A stretch of 64,000 nucleotides of DNA. Origin: an uncultured delta proteobacterium (GTDB lineage Bacteria > Myxococcota > UBA727 > VGSZ01). Every line of letters starts with the position of its first letter. Position 1 is the stretch's first letter. Location of the stretch: assembly GCA_963775425.1 (NCBI GenBank), contig CAVZJB010000002.1, forward strand, positions 64,001-128,000. Direction: 5' to 3'. The notes beneath the pieces were generated by a model. It worked only from the letters and a program-made list of their open reading frames with translations, had not been told where the DNA came from and ran no database searches. Position numbers and translations under genes: made by a program. Below, piece by piece: positions 33,857-46,955 of the stretch.

Positions 33857-34281
33857 TTCTTGGGCTCCGGCGACTTCTCCGGGTCCGTGACCATCGCCAG
33901 CGTCTCGGCGCCGCCGGCCTTGGCCGCGGCCATCACCTTCACCACGAGGCCGTAGGGGAGTGTCTGATCGGCGTGCAGATACAGCTCCTTGTCGCGCTTC
34001 AGCTTCTCGTTGGCCGACAGGAGCTCCGTGATCCTGTCGATGGGGACCTCGGTCTTGCCGATGTACGCCTTCCCGTCCTTGGTGAGGGTGAGAACGATCC
34101 GCTCCTCGGTTGAGGTCTTCATCGGCTCGGCGTTGGCGTCGGGCAGATCCACCTTCACGCCCTGCTGCAAGAGCGGCGCCGTCACCATGAAGATGACGAG
34201 CAGCACGAGCATGACGTCGACCATGGGCGTCACGTTGATTTCGGCCATGGGGCCGCCGGTGGGCCGCGAAGAGAAAGCCAT
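33853..34281 (-). CDS. tolR: TolR/ExbD family protein
   Basis: AEINVTPMVDVMLVLLVIFMVTAPL..VDLP..ADQTLPYGLVVKVM. Confidence 0.92.
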   Translation of the reverse strand: MAFSSRPTGGPMAEINVTPMVDVMLVLLVIFMVTAPLLQQGVKVDLPDANAEPMKTSTEERIVLTLTKDGKAYIGKTEVPIDRITELLSANEKLKRDKELYLHADQTLPYGLVVKVMAAAKAGGAETLAMVTDPEKSPEPKK

Positions 34282-34343
34282 GGCGTCCGTTGTTAGCGAA
34301 GGCGGGATCGAATGTCACGCCGCACCGGTGCTACAACGACCGG

Positions 34344-35018
34344 GTGCGCCAGGTGCTCCTCGCCGCGCTCGCCGTCGGTGTCGTGGTGGGAATCCTCGGC
34401 TGCGCCCCCGCGTTCGAAGAAGGGGACGACTGCCAAAACGGCTTCGACGACGACGGCGACGGGTTCATCGACTGCGACGACCCGGACTGCAAGCTCACGC
34501 CGGCGTGCGGTTTGTGCGGCAACGGCAAGGTCGACTCCGCCGAGACCTGCGACGACGGCAACCGCGTGGACGGCGACGGCTGCTCCTCGCGCTGCACCCT
34601 CGAGCTGTGCGCCAACGGCCACCTCGATCCCGGCGAGGAGTGCGACGACGGCAACCTCATCCCCGGCGACGGCTGCTCCGCCGCCTGCACCATCGACACC
34701 TGCGGCGACCGCGTGCTGCAACGGGACACCGAGCAATGCGAGGACGGCAACCACAACGACGGCGACGGCTGCTCGTCGAGCTGTCGCGCCGAGCCCATCC
34801 CCGGCTGCGGCAACGGCGTCCTCGACTTCGACCCGCAGACGGGCATCCCCACCGAGGACTGCGACGACGGCAACAACACGAGCGGCGACGGCTGCTCGTC
34901 GGCCTGCAGGTTCGAAGGCTGCGGCGACGGCATCGTCGAGCCCACGCTCAACGAGCAGTGCGACGACGCCGACCCGTTCGCGCCCGCGGGCTGCCAGTTC
35001 TGCCAGCTCGCGCCCTGA
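34344..35018 (+). CDS. Myxococcal Cys-rich repeat (DUF4215) lipoprotein
   Basis: Lipobox ILGC; CGNG..E.CDDGN..GDGCS..C repeats. Confidence 0.88.
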   Translation: MRQVLLAALAVGVVVGILGCAPAFEEGDDCQNGFDDDGDGFIDCDDPDCKLTPACGLCGNGKVDSAETCDDGNRVDGDGCSSRCTLELCANGHLDPGEECDDGNLIPGDGCSAACTIDTCGDRVLQRDTEQCEDGNHNDGDGCSSSCRAEPIPGCGNGVLDFDPQTGIPTEDCDDGNNTSGDGCSSACRFEGCGDGIVEPTLNEQCDDADPFAPAGCQFCQLAP

Positions 35019-35045
35019 TGAGCGCGGCCCCTCCCCGGTGTCCGT

Positions 35046-36620
35046 TCAGGGCGACGCCTCGCCGAACCACACGCCCGGGCCGGTCGCGGCGGCCCGCGGC
35101 CGGCGCCGTGGCAGCACCAGGGAGAACGAGGCGCCGCCGTGCTCGCGCGCCTCGTACGCGAGCCGGCCGCCGTGGCGTCGGGCGACGGCGGCGGCGACGA
35201 ACAGGCCGAGCCCCAACCCGCCGCCGGGGAGCGCCGCGCGCGCGAGGTTGAAGCGCTCGAAGAGGTCCGCGGTGCGGTGGCCGGGCACGCCGGGGCCTCG
35301 GTCGGAGACGCGGACGACGTCTGCGTCGTCGCTGTCGAGGAGCTCGACGTCGATGACGCCGGCGCCGTGCACGACGGCGTTGTCGACGAGCTCCTCGACG
35401 GCCTGTTGGATGAGCGCGCGGTCGCCGGAGATCGGCGGCGCGCCGCCGGCGACGTTGATGGTCCGGCCCGAGCGATGCCGCTGCGTCACCGCGGCGACGG
35501 CGTCGACGACGGCGTCTCCGACGTCGATGGTCTCGAAGCGCAGCTCGTGCTCGGACTGCAAGGCGGCGGCGGCGAGGAAGTGATCGACGAGGTCCGAGAG
35601 GCGCTCCACCTGACGTGCGACGTTGCGCGCGGCGGGGGCCTCGCGCTCCTCGTTGTGGAGCCGCCGCAGCAGCGAGTGCACCGAGAGCCGCAGCGCCGTC
35701 ACCGGTGTGCGCAGCGCGTGCGAGGCGATCTCGATGACGGCGGTCTTGTACGCCTCGACCTCGCGGTCGCCTGTGACGTCCTGAAAGACGGTCACCGAGC
35801 GCTCCGACAGCGGACGTGAGCGAACGATGTACGTGGTCACCGTGCCCGGCCGCTGGATGGAGATCTCGGTGGCGTCGACGGGCTCGCCGGCGAGCCCGCG
35901 GTCGATGGGGCTGTCCGCCGGGCCGAGGGGCTTGCCCTCGCGATCGAGCAGCGCGCGCAGGCCGTTGGCCGCCTCGTTGTCGGCGAGCACGACGCGGGCG
36001 AAGCGGTTGGCCAGCTCCGGCACCTCGCCGGGCACCCCGACGAGCACGCCGACCGGGAGCTCCTCGAGGACCTCCTCCATGAAGCGCCGCTGCTCGGCGA
36101 TCCTCTCCTGGCGGCGCGCGTTTTCGATCGCGAGCGCGAGGGTGGCGGCGAACCAGTCGACGAGCGCGCGGTCGTCGTCTTCATAGTGGGCGGGGGCGTC
36201 GTGGTAGAGCGTCAGCGCGCCGACGACCTCGCCCGCGTAGACGAGCGGGACCAGCGCGATGCCGTGGAAGCCCTCGTGCCGCGCGGCCGCGCGCAGCCAG
36301 GTGTCCGGCTGCGCGTCGTCCTCGATGTCGTCGATGACGATGGTGTGCTTCGTGGCCTCGGCCAGGCCGCCCGGTCCGCGGCGGTAGTCGGCGACGACGG
36401 ACTCGAGGTAGCGGCGGCTGAGGCCGTGCGCGGCGACCGGCCGGATGGGCGGCCCGCGAAACGCCGCGCAGCGATCGGCGTGGACGGCGGTGGCGAGCAG
36501 GGAGACGGCGGCGTCGAGGAGCGGGTCGATGGGCATGCCGGACGTGACGACGCCGGCGAGGTCCTCCATGGCGCGTTGGCGGCGCTGCGAGCGCTCGGGG
36601 GACGTCGGAGCGCGGGGCAC
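35046..36620 (-). CDS. Cytoplasmic GAF/PAS sensor histidine kinase
   Basis: GAF (VPLVYAGEVVGALTLY), H-box SHALRTP, ELVDNA, VSDRGPGV, GGGLGLGL. Confidence 0.85.
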   Translation of the reverse strand: MPRAPTSPERSQRRQRAMEDLAGVVTSGMPIDPLLDAAVSLLATAVHADRCAAFRGPPIRPVAAHGLSRRYLESVVADYRRGPGGLAEATKHTIVIDDIEDDAQPDTWLRAAARHEGFHGIALVPLVYAGEVVGALTLYHDAPAHYEDDDRALVDWFAATLALAIENARRQERIAEQRRFMEEVLEELPVGVLVGVPGEVPELANRFARVVLADNEAANGLRALLDREGKPLGPADSPIDRGLAGEPVDATEISIQRPGTVTTYIVRSRPLSERSVTVFQDVTGDREVEAYKTAVIEIASHALRTPVTALRLSVHSLLRRLHNEEREAPAARNVARQVERLSDLVDHFLAAAALQSEHELRFETIDVGDAVVDAVAAVTQRHRSGRTINVAGGAPPISGDRALIQQAVEELVDNAVVHGAGVIDVELLDSDDADVVRVSDRGPGVPGHRTADLFERFNLARAALPGGGLGLGLFVAAAVARRHGGRLAYEAREHGGASFSLVLPRRRPRAAATGPGVWFGEASP

Positions 36621-36673
36621 GAAGACTCCTCCCTCGGGCCTAGCGATGCCGAGGAGACGAGCCCAGCGGATCG

Positions 36674-38896
<2,223 letters not shown>

Positions 38897-39031
38897 AGCT
38901 GCCACCGCCCCTGCGTTGCACGATCCGCGGGCGAGTGCCAGATGTTCCGCGCCTGCCGGCGGCCGTCGCGCTCGCCTGTTCGTCGTCGTCGACGGCGCCG
39001 CCGCGCCCGCGCCCGCGGGACGCGAAGCCCG

Positions 39032-39078
39032 GGGCCGGGTCTCTCCGACGCGGGGGACAAGCCCCCGCCCGACGGGTC
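39032..39078 (-). repeat. REP-like element (family B)
   Basis: GTCG-GGCGGGGG-CTTGT-CCCCCGC-GTCGGA, near-identical to 52714-52760. Confidence 0.75.
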
Positions 39079-39152
39079 GGCGCCTCACCCGGCGCCGGTG
39101 GCCGGGGTGCCGCCGTCGTGCGAGCCTGCGCGCGCCCAACCGGGGGACCAAG

Positions 39153-42100
39153 ATGCGCACGTTCCAATCCGCCGCCCGCTCCTCCGTCGCCGCCGCCGCG
39201 CTCGCGCTCCTCGCCGGCGCGTCCGCGGCGAGGGCCGCGGACCTCGACACGACCGGCGTGCCCGACGCGCTCAAGCCGTGGATCCCGTGGGTGCTCCACG
39301 GCAGCGAGCGCGATCGCTGCCCCGAGCGCACCGACGGCGCGCGCGTGTGCGAGAGCCCCGGGCGCCTCGAGCTCGTCGTCGAAAAGACCGGCGGCTCCTT
39401 CACCCAGTCCTGGCGCGTCGACGCCAAGGCGCTCGTGCACCTGCCCGGCGGTCAGAAGCACTGGCCCCTCGACGTCGACGTCGACGGCCACCCCGCGGTC
39501 GTCGTCGAGCAGGGCGGCGTCCCCACGGTGGAGCTGCCGCAGGGCGAGCACGCCGTGCGCGGGCGCTTCTCGTGGGACGCCGAGCCCGAGTCCGTCGTCA
39601 TCCCCGCGGCCACCGCGGCGGTGCGCCTCGTCGTCGACGGCAAGGACGTCCCCTTCGTCGACCGCGGCGACGCAGGCGACCGCGTGTGGCTCAAGCGCGA
39701 CAGCGGCGGCGAGGCCCGCGAGGAGGACCGCCTCGACGTCACCGTGTTCCGCAAGGTCACCGACGGCGTACCGCTGCTCGTCGAGACCCAGGTGCTCCTC
39801 GAGGTGAGCGGCAAGGGCCGCGAGGTGGTGCTGCCCGGCGTCCTCCTCGACGGCTTCGAGCCGCTCTCGCTGGACAGCGAGCTGCCCGCGCGCCTCGACG
39901 GCGCCGCGCTCAAGGTGCAGGTGCGCCCCGGCCGCCACCTCGTCGACGTCGTCGCCCGCCGCGCCGTCGACGACCGCGCGCTCGTCGCGCCCGCGAAGAT
40001 GAACGGCGACGAGGAGGTCTGGGTGTTCCAGGCCGACCACGCCGTGCGCGTCGCCAACGTCACCGGCGTCCCGTCCATCGTCGCCGAGCAGACCCGCCTG
40101 CCCGCCGCGTGGCGCGCGCTCCCCGCGTACCGCGTGCTCCCCGGCGAGAAGGTCACCCTCGAGCAGCAGCGCCGCGGCGACGAGAGCCCGCCGCCGTCGC
40201 AGCTCGTGCTGCGGCGCACGCTCTGGCTCGACTTCGACGGCGGCGGCTACACCGTCCACGACGAGCTCGGCGGGCGCTTCACCGGCGACCGCCTCGTGAT
40301 GGGCAAGGGCACCACCCTCGGCCGCGCCTCCACCGGCGACGGCCCCGGCGACGCGTTCATCACCACCACGGCGAGCAAGGGGGAGAGCGGCGTCGAGGTG
40401 CGCTCGCCGAACCTGCGCGTGAGCGCCGACAGCCGCATCGAGGGCGGCGGCTCGTTCCCGGCGGTGTCGTGGGCCCACGACTTCCAGAGCGTCACCGAGC
40501 TGTTGCACCTGCCGCCCGGCTTTCGCCTGTTGCACGCCTCGGGCGTCGACGAGGTCGACAGCACCTGGGTGCGCTCGTGGACGCTGTTCGAGCTGTTCCT
40601 CGTCGTCGTCATCACGCTGGCCATGGCGCGGCTGTGGGGGCCGCTCGTCGGCGGCGCGTCGCTCGTCACGCTGGTGTTGACCTTCCAGGAGCCGGGCGCG
40701 CCGCGCTGGCTGTGGGTGGCGGTGGTGGCGCTGGCGGCGCTGCACAAGGTGTTGCCGCCGTCGTGGGAGACGCGGGCGGTGGCGCGCGTCCTGAAGCTCC
40801 TGCGCCTCGGCGTGGCCATCACGGTGGCGTGCGTGGCGGTGGCGTTCGCGGTGCAGGAGGTGCGCGTGGGCATGTACCCCGTGCTCGCGCAGGAGTACCG
40901 CGCCGTCGGCGACGGCAGCACCGGCTATGGTGACGTCGGCGGCGCCGGCAACGGCATCCTCACGCTCACGCCGCAGGCGGAGCCGCCGCCTCCGCCGCCT
41001 CCGCCGCCTCCGCCGCCGAACCAGATGAACCAGATGAACGCGCCGGCGATGCCCAAGGGCGGCGCGGTCGACAACGACGGCAAGGACAACGCGTCGCCCG
41101 TCGAGGACGAGCTGCAGATCCAGGGCGATGGCGGCGGCGGCGGCGGCGGCCTGCGCGCGGGCTGGCTCTCGAGCGCCGACGACACGCGCGGCTCGTCGGC
41201 GTACGCGCAGAAGGTCATCCTGAAGAAGCAGAAGCTGCAGCAGATCGACCCGAACGCGGTGGTGCAGACGGGGCCGGGCCTGCCGCAGTGGGACTTCCAG
41301 TCGGTGCACCTGCGCTTCACCGGGCCCGTCACCAAGGACCAGCGCATCTCGCTCTTGCTCCTCGGCCCGCGCGTGAACCTCGCGCTCGCGTTCCTGCGCG
41401 TGTTGCTCGTGGCGTTCCTCGTCGTCGTCGCGTTCGGCTTCCCCGGCCGGAGCTGGCCCGGCGCCATCCTCAGGGCGTTTCGCGGCAAGGGCGCGCTGTT
41501 CGGCGCCGGCGGCGCGGCGCTCCTCGTCGCTGCGCTCGGCAGCGCGCCGGCGCACGCGCAGGGGGCGCAAGCGACGCCGCCCGCCGCCGTCCTCACGGAC
41601 CTCAAGGCGCGGCTCCTCGAGGCGCCCACCTGCGCGCCCGGCTGCGGCTCCATCGCCCGCGTCGCGCTCGAGGCCGACGACGTCCGGCTGCGGCTGCGCG
41701 CCGAGGTGCACGCGCAAGCCGCCGTGGTGGTGCCGCTGCCGGGCGGGGACAAGCAGTGGAGCGCGGCCACCGTCGTCGTCGACGGCAGGCCCGCCGCGGG
41801 CGTGTCGCGCGACCAGGGCGCTTTGTGGGTGGTGCTGTCGCCCGGCCGCCACGACGTCGTCCTCGAGGGGCCGCTGCCCGGGCGCGACACCGTGCAGCTC
41901 GCGTTTCCCTCTCGTGCCGCACCACGCGACGTTCTCGTCGTCGACGTGGACCCTCGACGGCGTCCACGAAGACGGCGTCCCGGACGCCAACCTTCAGCTC
42001 TCCCGCCGCGCGAAGGCGCCCGTGGGGGGCGCCGCGGCGGACCTCGCGGGGGAGGCGCCCGTGTTGCCGCCGTTCCTCTCCGTGGAGCGCTCGCTGCTCC

Positions 42101-43497
42101 TCGGGCTCTCCTACGAGGTGGAGACGCGGGTGTCGCGGCTGTCGCCGCCGGGGACGGCGGTGGTGCTCGAGGTGCCGCTCCTGCCGGGGGAGAACGTCAC
42201 CACCGAGGGCGTGCGCGTGCAGGGCAAGAAGGCGCTCGTGTCGCTCGGGCCGAACGACGTCGAGGCCACGTGGTCGAGCGTGCTCGCGCCCACCGACGCC
42301 ATCGACCTCGTCGCCGCCAAGGACGCGCCCTTCGTCGAGGTGTGGAGCCTGCAGGCGAGCCCGGTGTGGCACGTGGAGGAGGCGGGCATCCCCCCGCTCC
42401 ACGACGAGACGCCGCGCGAGGGCGGCGCGCGCGCGTGGCGGCCGTGGCCGGGCGAGAAGCTGTCTTTGAAGGTGACGCGGCCGGCGGGCGTGCCGGGGCA
42501 GACGGTGACCATCGAGCGCACGTCGCAGACGGTGGCGCCGGGGCTGCGCTCCACGGACGTGACGCTCACCGTGGACATGCGCGCCTCGCGCGGCGGCGAG
42601 CACGTCGTCGCGCTGCCGGCGGGCGCGGAGCTCCTGAGCGCGACGGTGAACGGCGCGCAGCAGCCGCTGCGGCCGGCGGACGGGAAGGTGACCGTGCCGC
42701 TCGTGCCCGGGAAGCAGCGGGTGGTGTTGTCCGTGCGGGTGCCGACGGGGGTGTCGCTCTTGTTCCACACGCCGCGCTTCGACCTCGGGCAGAAGACGGT
42801 GAACGCCGAGATCCTGGTCTCCGTGCCGCAGGACCGCTGGATCCTGTTCGCGACGGGGCCGCGGGCCGGGCCGGCGGTGTTGTTCTGGAGCTTCATCGTC
42901 ATCCTCATCCTCACGGGCATCGGGCTGTCGCGCGTGCCGTTTTCGACGCTGAAGACGCACCAGTGGGTGCTGCTCGGGCTGGGGCTGACGCAGGTGCCGC
43001 TCGTCGTCGCCGCGCTGGTCGCGGGGTGGTTGCTGGCGCTCGGTTGGCGGCGGCGGCAGGTGGACCTGCACCCGGTGCTGTTCGACCTGCGCCAGATCGG
43101 CCTGGCGCTGTGGACGCTGGCGGCGCTCGTGGGGCTGGTGGCGTCCATCCACGAGGGCCTGCTCGGCGCGCCGGACATGCAGATCGCGGGCAACGGATCG
43201 TCGGCGTCTCACCTGCGCTGGTTCGCGGACCACACCGAGGCGCTGTTGCCGTCGGCGACGGTGCTCACGGCGCCGATGCTCGCCTACCGCATCGCGATGC
43301 TCGCGTGGGCGCTGTGGCTGGCGTTCTCGCTCTTGCGCTGGCTACGCACGGGCTGGGCGGCGTTTTGCGAGGGCGGCCTGTGGCGCGCGATCCCGAAGGC
43401 GCGGCCGAAGCCCCCGCCGGCCGCCGCGAAGCTGCCCGAGGCGCCTCCGGGCGCGCCCACGAGCGCGGCGGTGCCCTCGGCGACGCCCAAGGAGTGA
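39153..43497 (+). CDS. Very large (about 1450 aa) exported/membrane protein of unknown function; apparent 1-nt insertion at about 41910
   Basis: Signal peptide, VPDALKPWIPWVL start, two beta-rich modules each followed by TM bundles. Removing one base in 'ccctctcgtg' joins ..QLAFP to LVPHHATFSS.. (ORF 41914-43497). Confidence 0.75.
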
Positions 43498-43574
43498 GCG
43501 CAAACCCGGGACTTCCCAGGCCGCGCCGGCTCTGCTACCCGAGCCTCGTCCTTCACCCTCGACGGGAGTCGACG

Positions 43575-43784
43575 ATGGCTGTCTGCGCGATCACCGGTAA
43601 GCGTTGGATGAACGGGAGCAAGGTCTCCCACTCCAACATCAAGTCCCCCAAGCGCTCCCACGCCAACATCCAGAGCAAGCGGGTGTTCGACGTCGAGAGC
43701 GGCCGCTGGGTGCGCGTCAAGATCTCGGCGCGCGGCCTCAAGGTCCTCAACAAGAAGTCCCTTCGCGAAGCCCTGCTGGGCTGA
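43575..43784 (+). CDS. rpmB: 50S ribosomal protein L28
   Basis: MAVCAITGKRWMNGSKVSHSNIKSPKRSHANIQSKRVF..VRVKISARGLK; RBS GGGAG. Confidence 0.93.
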   Translation: MAVCAITGKRWMNGSKVSHSNIKSPKRSHANIQSKRVFDVESGRWVRVKISARGLKVLNKKSLREALLG

Positions 43785-43797
43785 CCCCGAGAGGTAC

Positions 43798-43881
43798 GGG
43801 CCGCGCCGCCTGGTCCGGCGACGAGGCCCTTCCCCCTCCGGGCGCCCAGGTTCTCTTCGCGCCGAGAGGGGGCGGCGCAAG
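43798..43881 (+). repeat. Dispersed intergenic repeat family A, copy 2
   Basis: Matches 10308-10386. Confidence 0.8.
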
Positions 43882-44045
43882 CAACGCCGCCGCCGTCCCC
43901 GCCGGCGGCGCTCCTTCCACGAAGCACCTCGCCGCGCACGCCTTGGGGACTCCGGCTCTCCTCGCTCTGTGCCACGCGACGTTCGCGGGCCCACGACATT
44001 CGTGGGCGGCACGAATTCGTGGCGCACGCGGCGGCGCGGGTACGG

Positions 44046-44351
44046 CTAGAAGCCGAGCTCTTTCTTGCGGTCTTCGGCCGTGGGCAGCGGCGTGCCCTTG
44101 GAGGAGATCACGGGCAGGCCCGCGGCGCGCTCCGCGTTGACCGCCACCCACTCCGTCTCCTTGGCGGGCACCTGGCGATCCTCGTAGATCGCGTGCACCG
44201 GGCACTGCGGCTCGCAGGCGCCGCAGTCGATGCAGGCGTCGGGATCGATGTAGAGCATCTCGTCGTCGCCGTGGAAGCAGTCGACGGGGCAGACGGTGAC
44301 GCAGTCGGTGAAACGGCACTTCTGGCAGTTGGACGTGACGACGTAGGGCAT
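44046..44351 (-). CDS. fdxA: FdxA-type dicluster ferredoxin
   Basis: MPYVVTSNCQKCRFTDCVTVCPVDCFH..IDPDACIDCGACEPQCPVHAIY. Confidence 0.92.
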   Translation of the reverse strand: MPYVVTSNCQKCRFTDCVTVCPVDCFHGDDEMLYIDPDACIDCGACEPQCPVHAIYEDRQVPAKETEWVAVNAERAAGLPVISSKGTPLPTAEDRKKELGF

Positions 44352-44442
44352 GCGCCCCCCATAGCGACAACGACGCGGAAAACGCAAGTGCCGAGGGGGC
44401 GCCCTGCACCGCCAAAACGAAGGGCGGGTGGTAATAAGCCTC

Positions 44443-46875
44443 ATGCCCGTCGTCACCCGCCGCTCGACCCCCTCTCCCCGCGCCACCCGCGGCGCAAGCG
44501 GGTCGGCGCCCGCCGCCGCCGCCACCGCGTCGACGGCGCGCGCGGTGACGGCCCCCCGGCGCGGCCGCAGCGGGTCGCAGGCCGGCGACAAGGCCGTCCC
44601 CGTCGTCATCAACGGCTTCGGCGGCAAGCCGTTCCCCACGGTGAACCTCACGCTCGTCCCCCAGCCCGGGCAGGTGGGCAGCCGCGAGGCGCACGCCGAC
44701 ATCGGGAGCGGCGGCTGGGTCAGCCGCGGCTACATCGACGTGCGCTACACCCCCGCCGTGGGCGGCGTCGACGTCGAGGTGGAGAGCCGGCACAGCAAGC
44801 CGTCCGACCCGAAGAAGTACAAGGGCGACGACATGGCCGTGTACCTCCAGGCCCGCGTGCGCGACCGCGGCAAGGAGCGGGTGGTCACGCTGGCCACCAT
44901 GTTCGACGGCGTCTTCAACGACAAGGGCACCTCGTCGGCGGTGCGCCGCTTTCACGTCGACTACGACGCGGTCAACAAGTGGCTCAAGAAGAAGGCGCCG
45001 CACCTCGAGCTCAAGGTCGGTGACCCGCTCGCCGTGCACGCCGTCTGGAAGGGCACGGGCCACCAGTGGGGCGGCTTCATGCGCGAGGGCTCGTTCGACG
45101 CGCCCGCGCCCATCGGCCGCGCCAACGCCGTCGACGCGCGCGCCGGCCGCATCGGGCAAGCGCCGACACCGGTGAGCGTCAGCGACGTGCAAAAGCCCAT
45201 CGACATCACGCACAAGGTGCCGCCCGACCTGGTCAAGGCGTACCCGTTGGTGCTCGACAAGGGCGCCAAGCTCGTGTCGCGGCGCGAGCACGAGACCAAG
45301 TTCTGCCCGCGCTCGATGACGGAGCTCAAGAGCGTCACCAAGAAGCTCCTCGCCGTCTGCGACGGCGACGACAAGGCGCGCGAGAAAGCGCTGCTCGACA
45401 TCTTCGGGCCCGACAAGGCCCTGTCCAAGGCGCGCGGCTACCCCGTGAGCGGCTGGAAGATCTCCACCACGGACCGCTACTACGAGCACGACGAGGACGG
45501 CGCCGTCGTCGTGGGCAAGGACGGGCTGCCCGTGGTGGCGCCCATGTTCGACGTCTATCAGGACGATCCGAGCCCCTCCGCCGGCAACAGGTTCCCGTTC
45601 GCGTCGAGCAACATGGCGGTGCGCTTCAGGGACGGCGAGATCGCCCACGGCGCCGTCGTCGGCAGCATGGGCAAGCTCAACATGAAGACGCCGCGGGTGG
45701 CGGACCCGTTCAGCCTCATCCAGACGGGCCTCGAGCTGTCGCTCGACACCATCCCGGGCATCTCCAAGAACGAAGCGGCGATGAAACAGCTCGGGGACTT
45801 CCTCGACAACGCGCCGGCGCCGTACAACCCGCTCCTCGAGCAGCGGAAGGTCGACGCCAACCTCGACGGCGCCAACGTGCAAAAGAGCGCCGTCGACAAC
45901 CTCGCCGACCGCTACAAGCTCACGCTCGAGCACGAGACCGGCATGGAGATCGAGGTCTCGCTCGACTTCGTGCACGCGGGCTTCATCTTCGAGGACAAGG
46001 TCGTCGAGGCCACCAAGGGCTTGAGCGACGCCAAGAAGTACGACCACTACGCGGCGCTTTTGAAGAAGCCCGACGCCGCCGTGGTGTGCGCCTCGGGGCC
46101 GCGGAAGACCGACCGCGGTGAGCTGAACACGGTGGTGTTCAAGGACGACAAGGGCCACCTGGTGATGGCCAACTTCTGGCTCGACGACAAAGGCAAGAAG
46201 CACGCGAGCGAGCACCCCGCCGTGCAGTTCCCGCAGGTCGAGATGGAGATGGACCACGTGCAGGCGCGCACCGTGGGCCCGGTGCAGGCGGCGTACGTGA
46301 ACCCGAGCGAGGTGAAGACGCTCTCCGACGACGCCACCCAGGACAAGTTCCTCGCCGGTCTCTCGGACAAGGCGAGCATGAACGGCCCGCCCACGGCGCA
46401 CGCGTGGGAAGACCTGAAGAACGCCAAGCTCTACGAGGAGCACAACTACCAGGAGCTCGCGCAGGCGGTGACGGCGTTTCGCACGCACTTCTTCCCGAAG
46501 GGCGTGAAGCCGGCGCGGCAGAAGGCTGCGCAGGCGCTGCAGCTCGGGGGGTACGTGAAGAAGCGGCCCCTCACCCTCGCGGGGAGCATCCCCTGGGTGC
46601 AAGGACGCGGCGTGTCCGTGAACGTCGACTGGCAGAACCACGATCGCATCCTCATCTCGGGCATGCCCGGCGCCACGCTGGGCGAGCCGGCGACGATGGC
46701 GCTCGACTTCGACGGTTTCCCGCTGACCATCCCGCTCAAGAAGACCGCGACGGCCAAGGACGTCGCCGAGGCGGTGAGGGCCAGGCTCGCAGAGGCGGTC
46801 CTGTACGAGGTCGACGTCAAGCAGAGCACCGCCGACGGCCGCACCACGTACACCCTGACGGTGAGCGAGCGCTGA
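44443..46875 (+). CDS. Large orphan protein with a divergent CYTH/triphosphate-tunnel-like domain
   Basis: EHETKF (ExExK), MFDVYQD, AVRFR, LNMKTP, IEVSLDFV and QVEME in CYTH order; low-complexity N-terminal leader. Confidence 0.6.
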   Translation: MPVVTRRSTPSPRATRGASGSAPAAAATASTARAVTAPRRGRSGSQAGDKAVPVVINGFGGKPFPTVNLTLVPQPGQVGSREAHADIGSGGWVSRGYIDVRYTPAVGGVDVEVESRHSKPSDPKKYKGDDMAVYLQARVRDRGKERVVTLATMFDGVFNDKGTSSAVRRFHVDYDAVNKWLKKKAPHLELKVGDPLAVHAVWKGTGHQWGGFMREGSFDAPAPIGRANAVDARAGRIGQAPTPVSVSDVQKPIDITHKVPPDLVKAYPLVLDKGAKLVSRREHETKFCPRSMTELKSVTKKLLAVCDGDDKAREKALLDIFGPDKALSKARGYPVSGWKISTTDRYYEHDEDGAVVVGKDGLPVVAPMFDVYQDDPSPSAGNRFPFASSNMAVRFRDGEIAHGAVVGSMGKLNMKTPRVADPFSLIQTGLELSLDTIPGISKNEAAMKQLGDFLDNAPAPYNPLLEQRKVDANLDGANVQKSAVDNLADRYKLTLEHETGMEIEVSLDFVHAGFIFEDKVVEATKGLSDAKKYDHYAALLKKPDAAVVCASGPRKTDRGELNTVVFKDDKGHLVMANFWLDDKGKKHASEHPAVQFPQVEMEMDHVQARTVGPVQAAYVNPSEVKTLSDDATQDKFLAGLSDKASMNGPPTAHAWEDLKNAKLYEEHNYQELAQAVTAFRTHFFPKGVKPARQKAAQALQLGGYVKKRPLTLAGSIPWVQGRGVSVNVDWQNHDRILISGMPGATLGEPATMALDFDGFPLTIPLKKTATAKDVAEAVRARLAEAVLYEVDVKQSTADGRTTYTLTVSER

Positions 46876-46955
46876 CCGCCGCGCGCCCGCCGCGCGCGCC
46901 GCTTCCTGCGGGGCGCTCCGTTCCCGCGCGCGGCGCCGGCGGCTATACGTCCACG

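Noticed and set aside
38924-38940. TGGCAC upstream of dnaX as a sigma-54 promoter
   Set aside because: The GG-to-GC spacing is one base short and there is no TTGC.
38916-43784. 1622-aa ORF apparently fusing a membrane protein to ribosomal protein L28
   Set aside because: This is an artefact of the frameshift at about 41910. rpmB has its own RBS and ATG at 43575.
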